Below are positions 1 to 12,700 of a DNA stretch of 52,604 nt, in pieces. The stretch covers positions 137,204 through 189,807 of the forward strand of contig ML996712.1 of NCBI GenBank assembly GCA_010356995.1, given 5' to 3'. The notes below the pieces were generated by a model. That model was not told where the DNA came from. It did not search any database and saw nothing but the letters and a program-made list of their open reading frames with translations. This DNA is from Trichodelitschia bisporula. Lineage: Eukaryota. Position 1 is the first letter of the stretch, and each line of letters starts with the position of its first letter. The translations under genes and the position numbers were made by a program.

Positions 1-2060
1 ATTTGCGCGGGGAGCGAGGATGCGGAATACGGTTGCGGGAGCGGGCTGCGGGCGGTGTTTTAAGTTGATTGGAGGTGGGTAGGTTAAGGGCTGGAGGAGT
101 GAGAGCGGAGAGAGTGGTGGGGGTGTTGGATGCAGATTAGGGAGAGCTGCGAGGTGAAGAGTAGAAGAAGAAAAGAGAAGACTTATTAGGTACAGAAATT
201 ATGGGGGCAAGTGAATGGGTTTGGGATGCTGTGATGTCAAGGAGAGGAGCGGAGAGGAGACCGACGCCTTTTTGTCGCCCTCAGCTCCTTCTGCCTGGGG
301 GTGTTGGACTTCCTTCTCCCACTCGCCTGGCCGTGATGCGGCTGAGGGCCGAGGCGTCACGCCGCAACAGTGCGGCGTTAACGTTCTGTGCCTCAGCCCC
401 AGTTCGGCAGCAGGCAGAGAGGGAGGGTGTTTCATGCTGGCCTCCTGCATTAGGCCGGTGGGTATTGCTTGGCTGGATTCGGGCCGTTCTTGCTTTGCTC
501 CTTGAGGCATCGCGCAAATAGCAGGTCAAGCCCTGCGAGTTCCTGTGGGGGCTCAGCAGGTGTTGGCCCCCCTCTCCATGGTGAAGATCTCGAATCCTCT
601 TACCATAATGTGCTCAATCTCCAGGAATCGTATTTTTGGTGACGGGCATCACCGGACAGGAGTTGCGAGGATGCGAATTGATCATGGTATACCCGTATAC
701 CGTAGCAGCGTGACATATCGTTGTGTATATCCATCTGACATGTCGTTGTGGCTAGTAACCGCGGCAGCTCCCGTTGACTGTGTTCTCCACCTAACTTAGT
801 GCAATGTGGTCGCAGCGTTCTAGATCTTCCCCCCCCCTATCCGCAGCCCTGTGCGCCACTTGAACTCGATGCAGGCTCAGTACGCATAAACAAAATTTGA
901 AGTGATGCTTCCCATGACGATGCCGGGCGTATGATGTGTTTACGGAGGTAGACAACTGTATTTGTCAACTGCACTTTGGCCGTCGAAACGAGCGCGAAGT
1001 CGGAGTGACCGAGCCAAATGAGTTCCGGGTCGATGGATGTAGCCCCAAGACTGATCCATCGAGGTCTGCTGTCAAAATAGAGGTTCCTCCGATACTTTGA
1101 TGAGATCCCGATGACTTCCCGAGGGCAGGAGCCAGATCTGGACCAATTCTGCATTTGACGCGGAGCCGGAGCTCGTTGCATCTGGGGCCGTTGTTGTCCA
1201 CGCCGCAGATGGCCTCGCGGTATCGTCGTGTAAGGACTGGAGGAGATTCGTGCTAGATGAGCGTGCTGAAAGAGGCCTCCTGATGCAGAGAGAACGATTC
1301 TAAGCATATAGAGGGACATATGACGGTTATGTGACCTTGACGATGATATCAATCGGATCTGGTGCACCTACCAGTAGTCTACCGGGCGTCGATCTTATAG
1401 AGCAACGATCAAGCAGTGACCAGTCTGTCACGCAGAGATATGTATCGGACGAGGCGTGGTCATAAAGAAGCAGCTTCTATTGTTCGTGGACGGATGTAGA
1501 ACAGGCCCGCTGATCACTCCGAGAACCATTGCCTTTTGAAACTGGCGTCAGAAATGGCTCCACTTGACTGAAGCTATGTAACAGTGGACTCGGAACGTCC
1601 AAGTTCCGTCACAGCTGATATTGACCACAGGAAGGTCATTTCTCACAGTAAACGCACACATAGAACAGCAATCGGACATGAGATCATCACCACAGCACGC
1701 TCTCTTCCTCAACAGCCCGCCCCAGGCGAACCCATCGATGAAAAGAAAAAAAGCAGACCATCAAAAATTAAGCCAGTGAGGCCCCCGAAGGAGACTCATA
1801 CCAACACCTCTCCACGCTGTGCAATGCAGGAGGTCCTGGCAGGCTTCCGCATTCTTGAGCGCGGATAGCCCCAACAAGGTAAGTATGAAGAAGAAAAGAA
1901 GAGGAAGAGAGGAGGGAAGAGGGTGGTATTTATACTCCCCGCCGCGGAGCGCACGTGCCACCGCGCGCGCCAAGCATCAATGCACGCTATGCGGCCGGCC
2001 TCAACTCAAGCTCACGTCGACCTCAACTTCTCACCTCCCACACACCCCACCGACATCACC

Positions 2061-2842
2061 ATGGCCTCAAACACCGTCTACGTCAAGCGGCTCCCAGAGG
2101 ACAAATCCGCCGCCACGCAATCCGCCCTCCTCACCGCCCTGCACACCGTCTTCTCCCACTTCGGCCCCGTGGTCGAAATCGTGACGAAACGATCCCTCCA
2201 CCGCAAGGGCCAAGCCTTCGTCGTGTTCGAGAAAAGCGAAGATGCGGCCGAGGCAGTCCGCGCGTTGAATGGCTTCCCGATTGCGAGTAATGGGTGGCCG
2301 ATGCAGTGTGAGCTGGCGAGGAGTGTGAGTGATGCGACGGTGGCTAGGAGTGGGGATGAGCAGGAGTTGGAGTTGCATAGAAGGAGGCGGTTGGCTGAGA
2401 AAGGTATTCCTTCCCCCTCCCACAGGGTTTTAAGAACAGAGACTAACGTGCCCCAGAACGCAAACAAGCCGCGCTCCTCCTCGCCGAAAAACAGCGCGCC
2501 GCCCCAACCGCCCCCGAACCCACCACCACCCGCACCATCAAGCCCTCTCGCGGCGCAGGTCTCAAGTCGACAGGCGGCGCCAACGCCGTCGTGCCCGATG
2601 AGTATCTGCCGCCGAACCGCACGCTGTTTGTTAGGGACGTACCGGAAGAGTACGATGTCGAGGCGCTGGCGGCGCTGTTTGGTCCCTTCGAGGGGTTCCG
2701 CGAAGCGCGCTTGGTGCCGGGGCGGAAGGGGATTGCGTTTATCGAGTATGAGGCGGAGGCGGGGGCGATTAGTGCGAAGGAGAATATGGCGGGGCGGCAG
2801 GTGGGGGATAAGGTGCTGAAGGTTACGTATCAGCGCCAGTGA
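2061..2842 (+). CDS. U1A/U2B''-family spliceosomal snRNP protein (two RRMs); exons 2061-2403, 2457-2842
   Basis: RRM1 (NTVYVKRL...RKGQAFVVF) and RRM2 (PDEYLPPNRTLFV...LVPGRKGIAFIEY...LKVTYQRQ). The 53-nt intron GTATTC...ACTAAC...CCCCAG at 2404-2456 joins the two ORFs in frame (AEK-ERKQ). Confidence 0.92.
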
Positions 2843-3002
2843 GGGGAGGGGAGAGGCGTATGGCGTTGGAGAATCGATACCAAAAGAATAGTTGGACGTG
2901 TAGGGGATATTGAGGAGATGGAGGATTACATTAGGCACAGGCATTGTATATTACTCCCTACAGCCCAGGCCCTTGAACTCAAACAGCAAACCGCACGCTA
3001 CG

Positions 3003-3974
3003 CTAGAAGATGACGTCCTCGTTCTCCCCCTCCCCAAGCACATCCTTCGTCTCGACTGCGCGATCTGCCTCGGCCGCGGCGCGGGCATCGTCGGCCTTGT
3101 CGAGACGCTCCTTCTCCGCGACCTGGGCGTCGCGCTCCTTTTTCGCCGACACCTTTTTCAGGCGGTAGAACTCCTCGCGGTCCAGCTCATCCAGTTCCGA
3201 CATGATGTACTTGATGGTGTTTTCCGTGCGGGGGATAATGACGTACTCACTGCGGGCATTAGTCAGACTCGAGGAGCGCCGTAAGGAGCGGGACAACACA
3301 CATAGCGTTAACTCTGCGATTCACAACCTTAATAACCTCATCCAAAATCACAAACGCCGTCTGCAAACTCGCCAACTCAACCAGGGTCTCCACAGCGCGG
3401 GCATACGTCTCGCGACACCGCTGCACCTGCTGCCCACCCTTGCCCAAGCCCGTAAGCTGGAAATCATTGTTCCCGTCAGTTTGGAAGGCCTCAAATCGCG
3501 GAAGCAGGACGCCGGAGACGTTTTCCTGGCGCGTGCGCACGCGGAACCGTGCCGACTTGGCGGATTCTTGAATCTGGAAGCCGATGTCGCCGCCGACGGC
3601 GTAGGTTACTTCGGCGAGGGAGAAGGCGGCGATTTGCATTACGCGGCCCATTTTGCGCTTGGCTTCGTCGATGCGGCGGGTTATTTCTGGGGGGGTTAGG
3701 GAGGGGAGGAGGATGAAGGGGGTGGTGGTGGTGTACCTCGGAAGCGCCTGGGATGGAGTTAGAAGGGAAGGAAGAGGAAGGGATAGGGATGGAGCGTACT
3801 TTGTGAGAGCTTCACTCTTTCGCTTGAGGAGATCATGTCCAGTTTGCGCGCCTTTGAGCTTGCTTTTCATCTGCCCCAGCATCTGGCGCGTGGGGAAGAC
3901 GGACTCGCGAGCCTGGGAGGGGCGTTAGCGGGAGATGGGACGGGAGGGAGCTTACTCGCCGCTGAGCCGGACAT
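3003..3974 (-). CDS. VMA8: V-type H+-ATPase V1 subunit D; exons 3974-3960, 3912-3800, 3747-3737, 3686-3302, 3249-3003
   Basis: Spliced product MSGSA-ARESVFPTRQMLGQMKSKLKGAQTGHDLLKRKSEALTKRFREITRRIDEAKRKMG...[44 protein letters not shown]...DVIF. All four introns have branch sites and CAG acceptors; intron 1 needs a GC donor. Confidence 0.95.
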
Positions 3975-4712
3975 GGTGAAAAGAGCTGAGGGTAACGGCT
4001 ACAAAGGGTGTAGAGAGTGGAGAATGTACAATGAAACCAAGGCCAAAGAGTGAAGCTGTCAACTTGCACCGTGCAGCAGCTATCGCCGGCTATCAATGGT
4101 GTTGAGCTTGCTCGTCGCTAGCTCGGCGGGGCAGGTCCGTGCGAGTTGTGCGCTGAACGCCAAGCAGACTAGATGTGCGCACTTGTGCCGGGTTATGTCA
4201 TTTAAGCGCTAATGCAGCATTGCCCAGGCCGATACGCGTCAGTGCTCGGACCACCAACACTCAATTGTGAGACTAACGAAGGCGCAACAAGGGTTCAATT
4301 GGAACTGCTAAGCGGTGAAGTCTCTCTCATTGCTCAGTCTGCCGCGCGTTTCTGCACACTGCACAATCACCCTTGCAAAGAACCCTTACGCCTGCTTCAC
4401 CCCTTCCGAGTACGCCAATCAATGCTGGAGCAGGACGCGTTAGGCGCGGCGCTCGGGAACCGGCTCAGGCGTGGGTCGCCCGGCGTTTCTTCGTCTTCTC
4501 CTCTTTCGACTCCTCGCTCTTCGACTGTTATTCCTCCATCGTCCGACAGCAACGCCAGCTCTCGAAGGACCAGTTGGGCCTTTTCCCTCCCTTCGCGACC
4601 GTCTTCTTCCTCTTCGACACGCTCTCTTCGAATCGCTGGCGTCGTTTCCTCGGCCGCCGATCGGCTCGCGACTTTCTTTCGCTCCAAGGGCTCGACGGGT
4701 GCCGCCGCCGCC

Positions 4713-7287
4713 ATGCCTGGTGAACTTCTGGCCGTTCAACCGCCCGCCACCCCATTGCCGGGCAGCACCACGCATCGGAAGCTTGCGATAGCCGTCAAGA
4801 AGCCTCGTTCCGAGCTCTACCTCGTTTCCGACAGCGATGCCGTTTACGAAACCGAAGTCGCGCGCAACCCGGGCAGCGTAAAGCCGTGGGTGGACTACGC
4901 GAACTACAAGCGTCGCTATGGATCGGTCCTGGAGCAGGCATTTGTGCTCGAGCGCGCCGTGACGAGCCTGCCTCGGTCTTACAAGCTGTGGAAGGCCTAC
5001 CTCGAGCTGCGCCGTGCTCACCTCAAGGGCAAGAACCCGGCCAAGTTTGCGGCCCATTACATCAAGGTCAATTCTCTGTTTGAGCGCGCGCTCGTACTGC
5101 TCAACAAGATGCCCGTCATCTGGGAGGCCTACCTGCAGCATCTGATGGAGCAGCCCATGGTGACGACGACGCGTCGCGCTTTCGATCGCGCGCTGCGGGC
5201 GCTTCCCGTTACGCAGCACGACCGGATCTGGGCGCTGTATCGTCCGTTCGCCGATACGGCTTCTGGAGAGACGGCGGTGCGTATCTGGCGTCGATATGTG
5301 CAGCTGCACCCGCAGCACATGGAGGACTATATCGAGCTACTCATCGACATGCGGAAGTACACGGAGGCCGTGCGGCGCTACATGGAGATCCTGAACAATA
5401 TCCGTTTCCACAGCAAAGTTGGCAAGGGCCCGTACGAGTTCTGGACCGAGATGATCAACCTTATTATCGATCACGCCAAGGAGATTGAGACCGGGATTGA
5501 CAGCGGGATCGACGTGGATGCGATCGTTCGCAGCGGACTCAACCGATTCCCCGACCAGCGCGGTGTGCTTTTCGCCGGACTTGCGCGCTACTGGATCAAC
5601 CGTGGGAACTTTGAGAAGGCGCGCGATGTCTATGAAGAGGGCATCACGACGGTGATGACCGTGCGCGACTTTACCGTCATTTTCGACGCCTACGCCGAGG
5701 CCGAGGAGGCGCTCATCGAGATCAAGATGCAGCAGGGTGCCGCGCGATCAGAAAAGGGCTCACTCGATGAAGACGCAGACCGCGACGTGGATTTACGGAT
5801 GATGAGCTTTGAGCAACTGATGAACCGTCGCCCATTTCTTGTTAATGATGTCATGCTTCGCCAGGATCCCCACAACGTCACTGAATGGGAGAAGCGTGTG
5901 GCGCTTTGGGGCGACAACAAGAAGGAGGTCGTTCAGACGTACACGGACGCTATTGCCGCTATCCACCCTAAGAAGGCGAAAGGGAAGTTTCACGAACTTT
6001 GGCTCAACTACGCCAAGTTGTACGAAGACGGCGGTGACTTCACGACGGCACGCGTCATCTTCGATAAAGCAGTCAAGGTGCCGCTCAAGAACATTAACGA
6101 CCTGGCTGAGGTGTGGTGCGCGTGGGCGGAGATGGAACTGCGCCACGAGGACATCGACAAGGCGCTCGAAGTCATGGCCAAGGCGACGCTCGCGCCGCCG
6201 AACTCTGCGGTAGACTTCTTCGACGACTCTTTATCGCCACAGCAGCGCGTGCACAAGAGCTGGAAGCTGTGGAGCTTCTACATCGACCTAATCGAATCGA
6301 CATCGACGTTAGACGAGACGCGCAAGGCATACGAGCGCGTATTCGAGCTACGCATCGCGACGCCGCAAACGGTCGTTAACTACGCCAACCTGCTCGAGGA
6401 GAACGAGTACTTCGAAGAATGCTTCCGCATCTACGAGCGCGGCCTGCAACTCTTCAACTACCCCGTCGCCTTCGAGCTCTGGAACCTGTACCTCACCAAA
6501 GCCGTCGACCGCCACCTCGGCCTCGAGCGGCTCCGCGATCTTTTCGAGCAAGCGCTCGACGGGTGTCCCGCGCGCTTCTGCAAAGTCCTGTACATGATGT
6601 ACGGCGAGCTGGAGGAAGAGCGCGGTCTCGCGCGCCACGCCATGCGGATTTACGAGCGGGCAACCCGGGCCGTCGCTGATGAGGACCGCTACGAAATGTT
6701 CAACTACTACATCACGAAGAGCGCGTCGAACTTTGGCCTACCGTCTACGCGCGCCATTTACGACCGCTCCCTCGCCATGCTCCCCGACGAACAGGCCAAG
6801 GTCATGTGCCTCAAGTGGGCGGAGATGGAGCGGCGGCTGGGCGAGATTGACCGTGCGCGCGCGATCTGGGCGCATGGGAGCCAGTTCTGCGATCCGCGCG
6901 TTGAGGCGGAGTATTGGTCCTCTTGGGAGCGCTTCGAGGTGCGGCATGGGAATGAGGAGACGTTTAAGGAGATGTTGCGCATTAAGCGGAGTGTGCAGGC
7001 GAAGTTTAAGTATATCCTCCCTTTGATGATTTTGGTGCTGGGATGAGGCTAATGGACGCAGCACGGACGTCAATTTCATCGCCACCCAGGCCATCATGCG
7101 CGCGCATGTCCAGGACCATGCCACCGGCGAAGCGGCGAGCGCGGAGAAGGTCGATGCCATGGCCGCCCTCGAGCGGCAAGCACGCGCGCCGGTGGGGTTC
7201 GTGGCTGCGACGGAGGGGAATGTGAATGGGAAGCGGGAGGAGGAGACGAGTGCTAATCCGGATGCGATTGATCTGGATGTGGACTAG
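4713..7287 (+). CDS. SYF1: Pre-mRNA splicing factor Syf1/XAB2 (HAT/TPR repeats); exons 4713-7009, 7062-7287 (start could be 4422)
   Basis: Typical motifs ERAVTSLPRSYKLW, RALRALPVTQHDRIW, RRPFLVNDVMLRQDPHNV, HGNEETFKEMLRIKRSVQAKFNTDVNFIA and NPDAIDLD. Intron 7010-7061 is GTATAT...GCTAAT...GCAG. ATG 4713 lies in a GCCGCCGCCATG context. Confidence 0.95.
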
Positions 7288-10189
7288 ACGACGCGGTTCT
7301 TTTCTTTGGGTTGGCCCGATATCACACACGACACTCTGATTTCCTTGCATCAAACGACACAGACCGGTAGTTCTTTTTTTTTTCTTTTATCTAACGGCGC
7401 ATTGAGAGCATGGGTGGTGCATGGCATATCTTGCCGCTGGGGGCGTTATGGATATTTGAATGGGTTATGGATGGAAAGGGAAAGGTTGTGGGTGGGGCGC
7501 TGGGGTGATGAGGTTGAGATACACCTTGGGGGTGTTGGTTGCGGATAGCTGTAGGTATGGATCGTGCATGCCTTGCCTGGATTTCGTCGTGGTGATATGC
7601 TTGTTCTACGTGTTCTGTGTGTGGTGGTTGAATGGCGTTCGGTGTTCGGCGCTGGAGCGGACGGCTGACAGGCAGGCTGTGCTACATATCCCCTTTGGAC
7701 GTTATTTCCAATGTTCAACCCCCTTTCCATCGTGAGTCTGCTCTCCTCGCCCTGGCTGACCTGCAGGCCCTTCGGTGGAGGTTCACTGCAGCGAGAACGG
7801 CGAGGAAGACATCATCAACACCTCGCGCCTACTCGACACTTCCAGGGCCGGCAGACCGCGCCTCCAAGCTCTTTCCTAAAATTACAAAGAAGGAGTCTCC
7901 CAAAGGTAATGGAAGTATGACCCGGGAGGGGTGGCGCCATATGGGACTCCGATCGGACTGAGCGTGTAGGATCACCATTCACCATCAGAGATCAGGGACA
8001 TGATGAAATCGGGCACTACTGCAAGGGACGTAGCTTCCCAGAAGCTAGGCAATAGGAGCGACAAACCTGCAGCAGCGCTTGCCAAAAGGTCAGGCACGAT
8101 CCTTCCGCCGGACGCTCATACTTACGCAGATACCCCTCGTTTGAGGGTAGTTACCTCCCCCACACATCTGACGCAGGAACTCCCGCCCAGTTTTCAAATT
8201 CCTCGACGTCCTTCATCCCAAGCCCACAACTTCATCTCTCAACTTCATCTCTCACACATCAATCATGTTTCTTCAGCTTCGTGTCCTTGTTAGGTTTGTC
8301 GTGACTGCCTTGTACGCTTTGTTGGCTGTGGAAGAGCTGCGGGTTGTGAGCTTTTTTTGATGCCGTCCTAGGGCCGGTGCTTTGGTATGTCTTTTTTCAC
8401 TGTTGAGATTGGCTCGTTGCTGACGGTGTTTGAGGGAGAGGCCATGGCCGACTCCACGCTCGTTATGACCGTCCTGGCAGAGGACGCTCCCTTATGAGGG
8501 ATGGGCCCACGCGAGAGACAGGAGCAATCCAAGTTCAAGAAGGAACTGATCGCCCTTTATGATGCTGCTACGGCGTCACTTCTCACCAATTTCCACTTCC
8601 TACTATGGCTGGCCGATCCTACACCCTCCTCCTCTCGTGGCGCTCAGCCCTCACTTTCCAAACAAGCCAAATGCTCGCTTCAGCTTCAAGGTTTTGCCTA
8701 CGGCCAGGTCTAGGCGGGGGAAATCACGTAAGTCACTTTGGAAATTTGGACGAAGGGCTTCGGGGGCGCGCTCTCTTGCGCGGTACCGCGCACAGTAAGC
8801 CCTTAGCCTATTTCTTATTGATACTTACCTGTTACCAGGATCTATTGCGAGGTGGGATCCTCGAGTTCCCTTATTTCTTTGCGCCGAGTCGGTGGTCGTT
8901 GGACACCGACGATATGCGCGTAATACTCCAGAACAGCCTCCTATATTGGGCGATAGCGAGGGTGGCAAAAGTTATCCACGAGCGCCGGGGTCTCGACAGT
9001 GCCTGTCGAGACCCCACCTATCCCCGGCCTCGGTCTTCCAACAACCCTCAACTGCATTGGACTTGGCGAGAGTGAGTAGCGCTTTAAGTTACGCTTTAAG
9101 GGTGGAAGCTAATCATTTACAGTCGAACTTTCCATGCTTCGGCCGCGACTTTCGAGCCTTGCTCCACCTCTTTGTACAGCTCCGTGGGAGGTGATGATGC
9201 TGAAGACAGCATCCCGCCTACACTCACTTCTCCTCTCTTCATCCATCTCCACCAACAAGCTGTCGCAACCAACATTATGTCTCCCTCCACATCCTGTCTG
9301 TACGTGGTGATTCGAGAATCCGAGGTTACTAGTGTTGCGTCACTGTACAAACCCGCCATCAGCGCTAAGCCTGCCGCCGTCCTCCGCGAGCATGCATGGT
9401 AAAGGATGCGCCAATCTACTCTCAAACCTCAACATCCACATCAGATCCAGGCATCTCAAGCGACGGAGATAGAACACCCGATGGCGACGAAGATATTCCC
9501 ATGTTGGATCCCCCGACCAGACTTTTCCGCGCACGTTCAAGGAGCAGGGAGTGAAAATGTTCTTTGGTCCGAGCCATCACCCACACCCATCTCTCCTGCG
9601 AAAACGCCGTGGGTGGAGGGAACCGGGCGCTCATCTTTGCCTATTCTCGCATGCCTAGCGTCCCGCTTTTCCTCACCGCTCGTCACGTTCTCTTCAATCT
9701 CCAACGGACCTACTTCCCGATTACGCCCCGGCCGACCTCCCGGGCTACGAGGCGGCCATGGCCGAGGGTGACGGGTCGAAAAATTGCCGGCACAACAGAC
9801 GGCTCCGAACTTGTTCTTTCGACGGTGACCATGAAAATGCCGTCTCATCTTACCGTAGGCGAACATGTCGAACATTTTACGGGTCGGTCAAAATGGAAGA
9901 CCACCACGCCAGGGATGCCCGACCCTGTCGGCTTCAAATACTGCATCATTGCCCGCTGCGGGTAAGTCTCTCGCGTATCATATTCAGCTGTTCCGATGTA
10001 CTTCTTCTCTGCACCTGGTCGCTCCTACATTTCAATGTCCCCTCGCGCATCCAGGTCACTTCGCTCACCAGATGGGGTCGAACCCAACGCGACGCCTTTT
10101 TATGGCTCCCGTAGGCCCGCAAAGCCAGGTCACAGGGCATCTCGCCCCACCTCACCACCCTAGCGAAGCAGAACTGAGAACGTGGCACC

Positions 10190-10490
10190 CCGGACTTGCC
10201 TCGGAGGGGGATGTATCTGTGATATCTGTACAAGGCATCGGCATGTGGCTGTCGGGGCGGAGACAAAGTTTCTACATGAGGCTAGCATCTGTCACCGCTT
10301 GCCCGGTCATGAAGGCCCCCCTCGCCATAGGCACGTCGTGGCGAAACGGGCTCTCCTCTAGAGGTCCGTCATTTTCTCAGCTATGGGACGCACGAGATAC
10401 CCATATGCAGCGTTCATCAGAACGCTCGACATAGGCGTTCTCGAGCAAATACTTCATGGTTACGAATTTCAAACCTTGTTAACCAAGCAT
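10190..10490 (+). pseudogene. Decayed fragment of a conserved fungal F-box/RNI-like hypothetical protein
   Basis: Reads VAKRALL*RSVIFSAMGRTRYPYAAFIRTLDIGVL, resembling from memory the family pattern KWxxLWRSIIxSSxxxTxxPYCxYxRxLDL. In-frame TAG at 10359-10361 sits where Trp is expected. Confidence 0.4.
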
Positions 10491-11862
10491 GTTCAAGGTC
10501 ATGCATGCGGACTGGACGAACCGGGATCCGGACGACGACCTAGGCAACTTGCACAACGCCCTTCGCCTGGGGTTCCGGCAATGCTCACTTGTCGGTTGTC
10601 CAAATCACTGCGACAATCTCGGGCTGCGAGAAGATCCTAAAGTCGTTGGGTTCAACGTGCTATTTGTTGTCGACGATGCTGGACAGGAGGTGGCCGCCCT
10701 GATTCGGCGTCTGGATAAGGAGGGCCGCATCAAAGACGTTGAGAAAGTCCACTCGATCATCGTCAAAGCCTTCCAGGCTGTGTCCGGTACATCTCGCCAG
10801 ACAGGAACGGGCATCCACACGCATTTCTGTCCAGTACCGCAAGCACATATAGGTATCTGGCCAGGAGGTCTACGGAGGAACTTGTTCATTAGTAGTGTAG
10901 GGGGGCGGGGAAAAGCCCACAGAAGCTCTAGGACGGGGCATCAGTCAATGTGAGCCTCTTCCATTGTTCAATCATCTCCCTGTACTGACGACCTTCAGAA
11001 CAGCAATCAACGCGAGTTTCGCCTCCATTTCGAGGAGCAAGCTTGGTCCACTTCTGACTTCACCAGCGCCCATCCTCACGTCCAGCGCCAGTACGACAAA
11101 ATCATGAGTCTCTCTGCCCTGGGAGCCCGCAGTGAACGGCTTCCCTGGAAGATGGGAAAATTGACCTTCTAGTGGCGCTCTGCCGCAAACCTCGTCATCC
11201 ATTGCACCCAAGCCGTATAGACGTCCCGACCCAAGGAATTAATAATTCCAGTCTACCTCAACCTCGCCGCTCTACAGGGCAACGTCTGGATCCTAGACGC
11301 CTGCCAACTCTTGCTCGCCCGTAAAACTGGCATAATAACCGCCCTCCCCGCCCACCGCGAAGTTGAAATACACGACTGAACCAAGGGTGTTGCAGAGAAC
11401 AAAGTCCGGTAAGTTCGCGCTTTATAGATGTTCCCTGGCGGAAGGCTGATAATAAAGTTGAGTGTCCTCTTACGTTCCTGATAGTCCACTCTCCCCCGCA
11501 ATGGAACACCATTCAGCGCGTCATGGTAGCTGCTTGTCAACCACCTTCGTGCGGCAGGCCAAAAGGCCGTCTATGTCGATGGCTGGCAAGGCGGTGGCGC
11601 GCCTCTGAGGGACCAGCGGTGGAAGCTAAACGGCAGCTCGTTCACGCTTTACCGGAGGATGTTGATGTCACTGACATTACCTTGTGTCCCTTCTGCTGTC
11701 CCCACTATTCGTGGTTTTCTACCGGGTGTTTGCTTGGACCACGACGATACACAGCGTCGCGAAGGGCGGGACACCGAATTTCTTTGAGCGTCTAACATCG
11801 AACTCGCCAAAGCTGCAGTACTGTTAGCCGACAGCGACATGAGCGAGGTCACAAGTACGAAG

Positions 11863-11964
11863 GTGCAACCGGTCTGTTTCTTGAGCCGAATGCTCAAAAG
11901 AGCGGAGTGCAACTACTAGCTGACTGAGATGGAGGTAGAGGTGGCAGGACTCATGTGGAGCGTT
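11863..11964 (+). mobile_element. Ty3/Gypsy RT-associated RNase H relic
   Basis: VQPVCFLSRMLKRAECNY*LTEMEVEVAGLMWSV matches the Gypsy RNase H pattern PIxFLSRxLxxAExNYWPTELEVAGLVW; TGG>TAG at 11917-11919. Confidence 0.75.
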
Positions 11965-12025
11965 TTATAACAACAGCATTCCGATCAATGAGCTGGGTGA
12001 TGACTTTGAGTTCGGGGACACGATT

Positions 12026-12154
12026 GACGCCACTCAAGTCGATGAGCTCGACAGCTCAAGTCAGTTTGAGCGAGCAGTAACTGCCGATCATCGCATCGGC
12101 CAGAGGAACGGCCTTTGTTTGAAATGCAGCGAAGAGGGTCATGTCATGAGAAAC
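12026..12154 (+). mobile_element. LTR-retrotransposon Gag zinc-knuckle relic
   Basis: One frame reads DATQVD...RNGLCLKCSEEGHVMRN: a PMxVD-like motif followed by CX2CX4H, with the last Cys lost. Confidence 0.55.
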
Positions 12155-12444
12155 CTCACTACTCCTTGCAAGAACAAAGCCGCCTTCACGAATGCGGAGT
12201 ACTCATTGCTTGAAGCGACCGAGACGTCATGTTCATGGTTCTGCGAAGGACATGAGATCTACCACCTCGTCCGCAAACTTGTTCTTGAGGTTGGCGTGTA
12301 AGAGACCTGGCCCCAGCTCTACCAAGACAGGAATCTCTGGCTCCCTGGGCATACAACCGTCACGGCAGCTGTCCTGCTCAAAGTTAAAGAACATAGGCGG
12401 GGTAGTGCCGACTACACTGCTTACTTCCAACGACAGTCTCGGAA

Positions 12445-12700
12445 ATCTGCAACGAGTACGCGTGATTGTTCGCTCGCGGAAAATCTTTGCTCTCCCAGCA
12501 CATCCGGTCCTTTGCCATCAATGCTGACGGTGATCTTGAACGTGGACTCTCGCCCTTCGAGAAGTACGTCACATGCCCTGACAACATGGCCGAAGTGATG
12601 TATATCGAGTATATCGAATTCCTGAAACTCTGGGAATTTGCCAAAGTCCATAACATGCGTCCCCGGACAGCGCGTCCACATGTTCTGAAGTACAATCCGT
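12445..12700 (+). mobile_element. Helitron Rep/Pif1-helicase inter-domain relic
   Basis: NLQRVRVIVRS then, after a frameshift, QHIRSFAINADGDLERGLSPFEKYVTCPDNMAEVMYIEYIEFLKLWEF...RPRTARPHVLKYNP. This resembles the fungal Helitron segment EKYxxRP...T/YxEFLxxW...RPRAxPRVLNYFP (from memory). Confidence 0.5.

Noticed and set aside
199..1560. Several 80-176-aa ORFs at the window start
   Set aside because: No recognisable motifs or consistent splice structure; probably degenerate intergenic sequence.
2943..2949. ATTGTAT in the U1A/U2B'' 3' UTR resembling the vertebrate U1A PIE box (AUUGYAC)
   Set aside because: Single 6/7 match, no paired second box or stem; expected by chance.
8265..9400. Intron-like signals (8294, 8728, 9073) and QSKFKKELIALYDAA, weakly like fungal HNH-domain proteins
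   Set aside because: I could not assemble a stop-free spliced frame or find an HNH motif.
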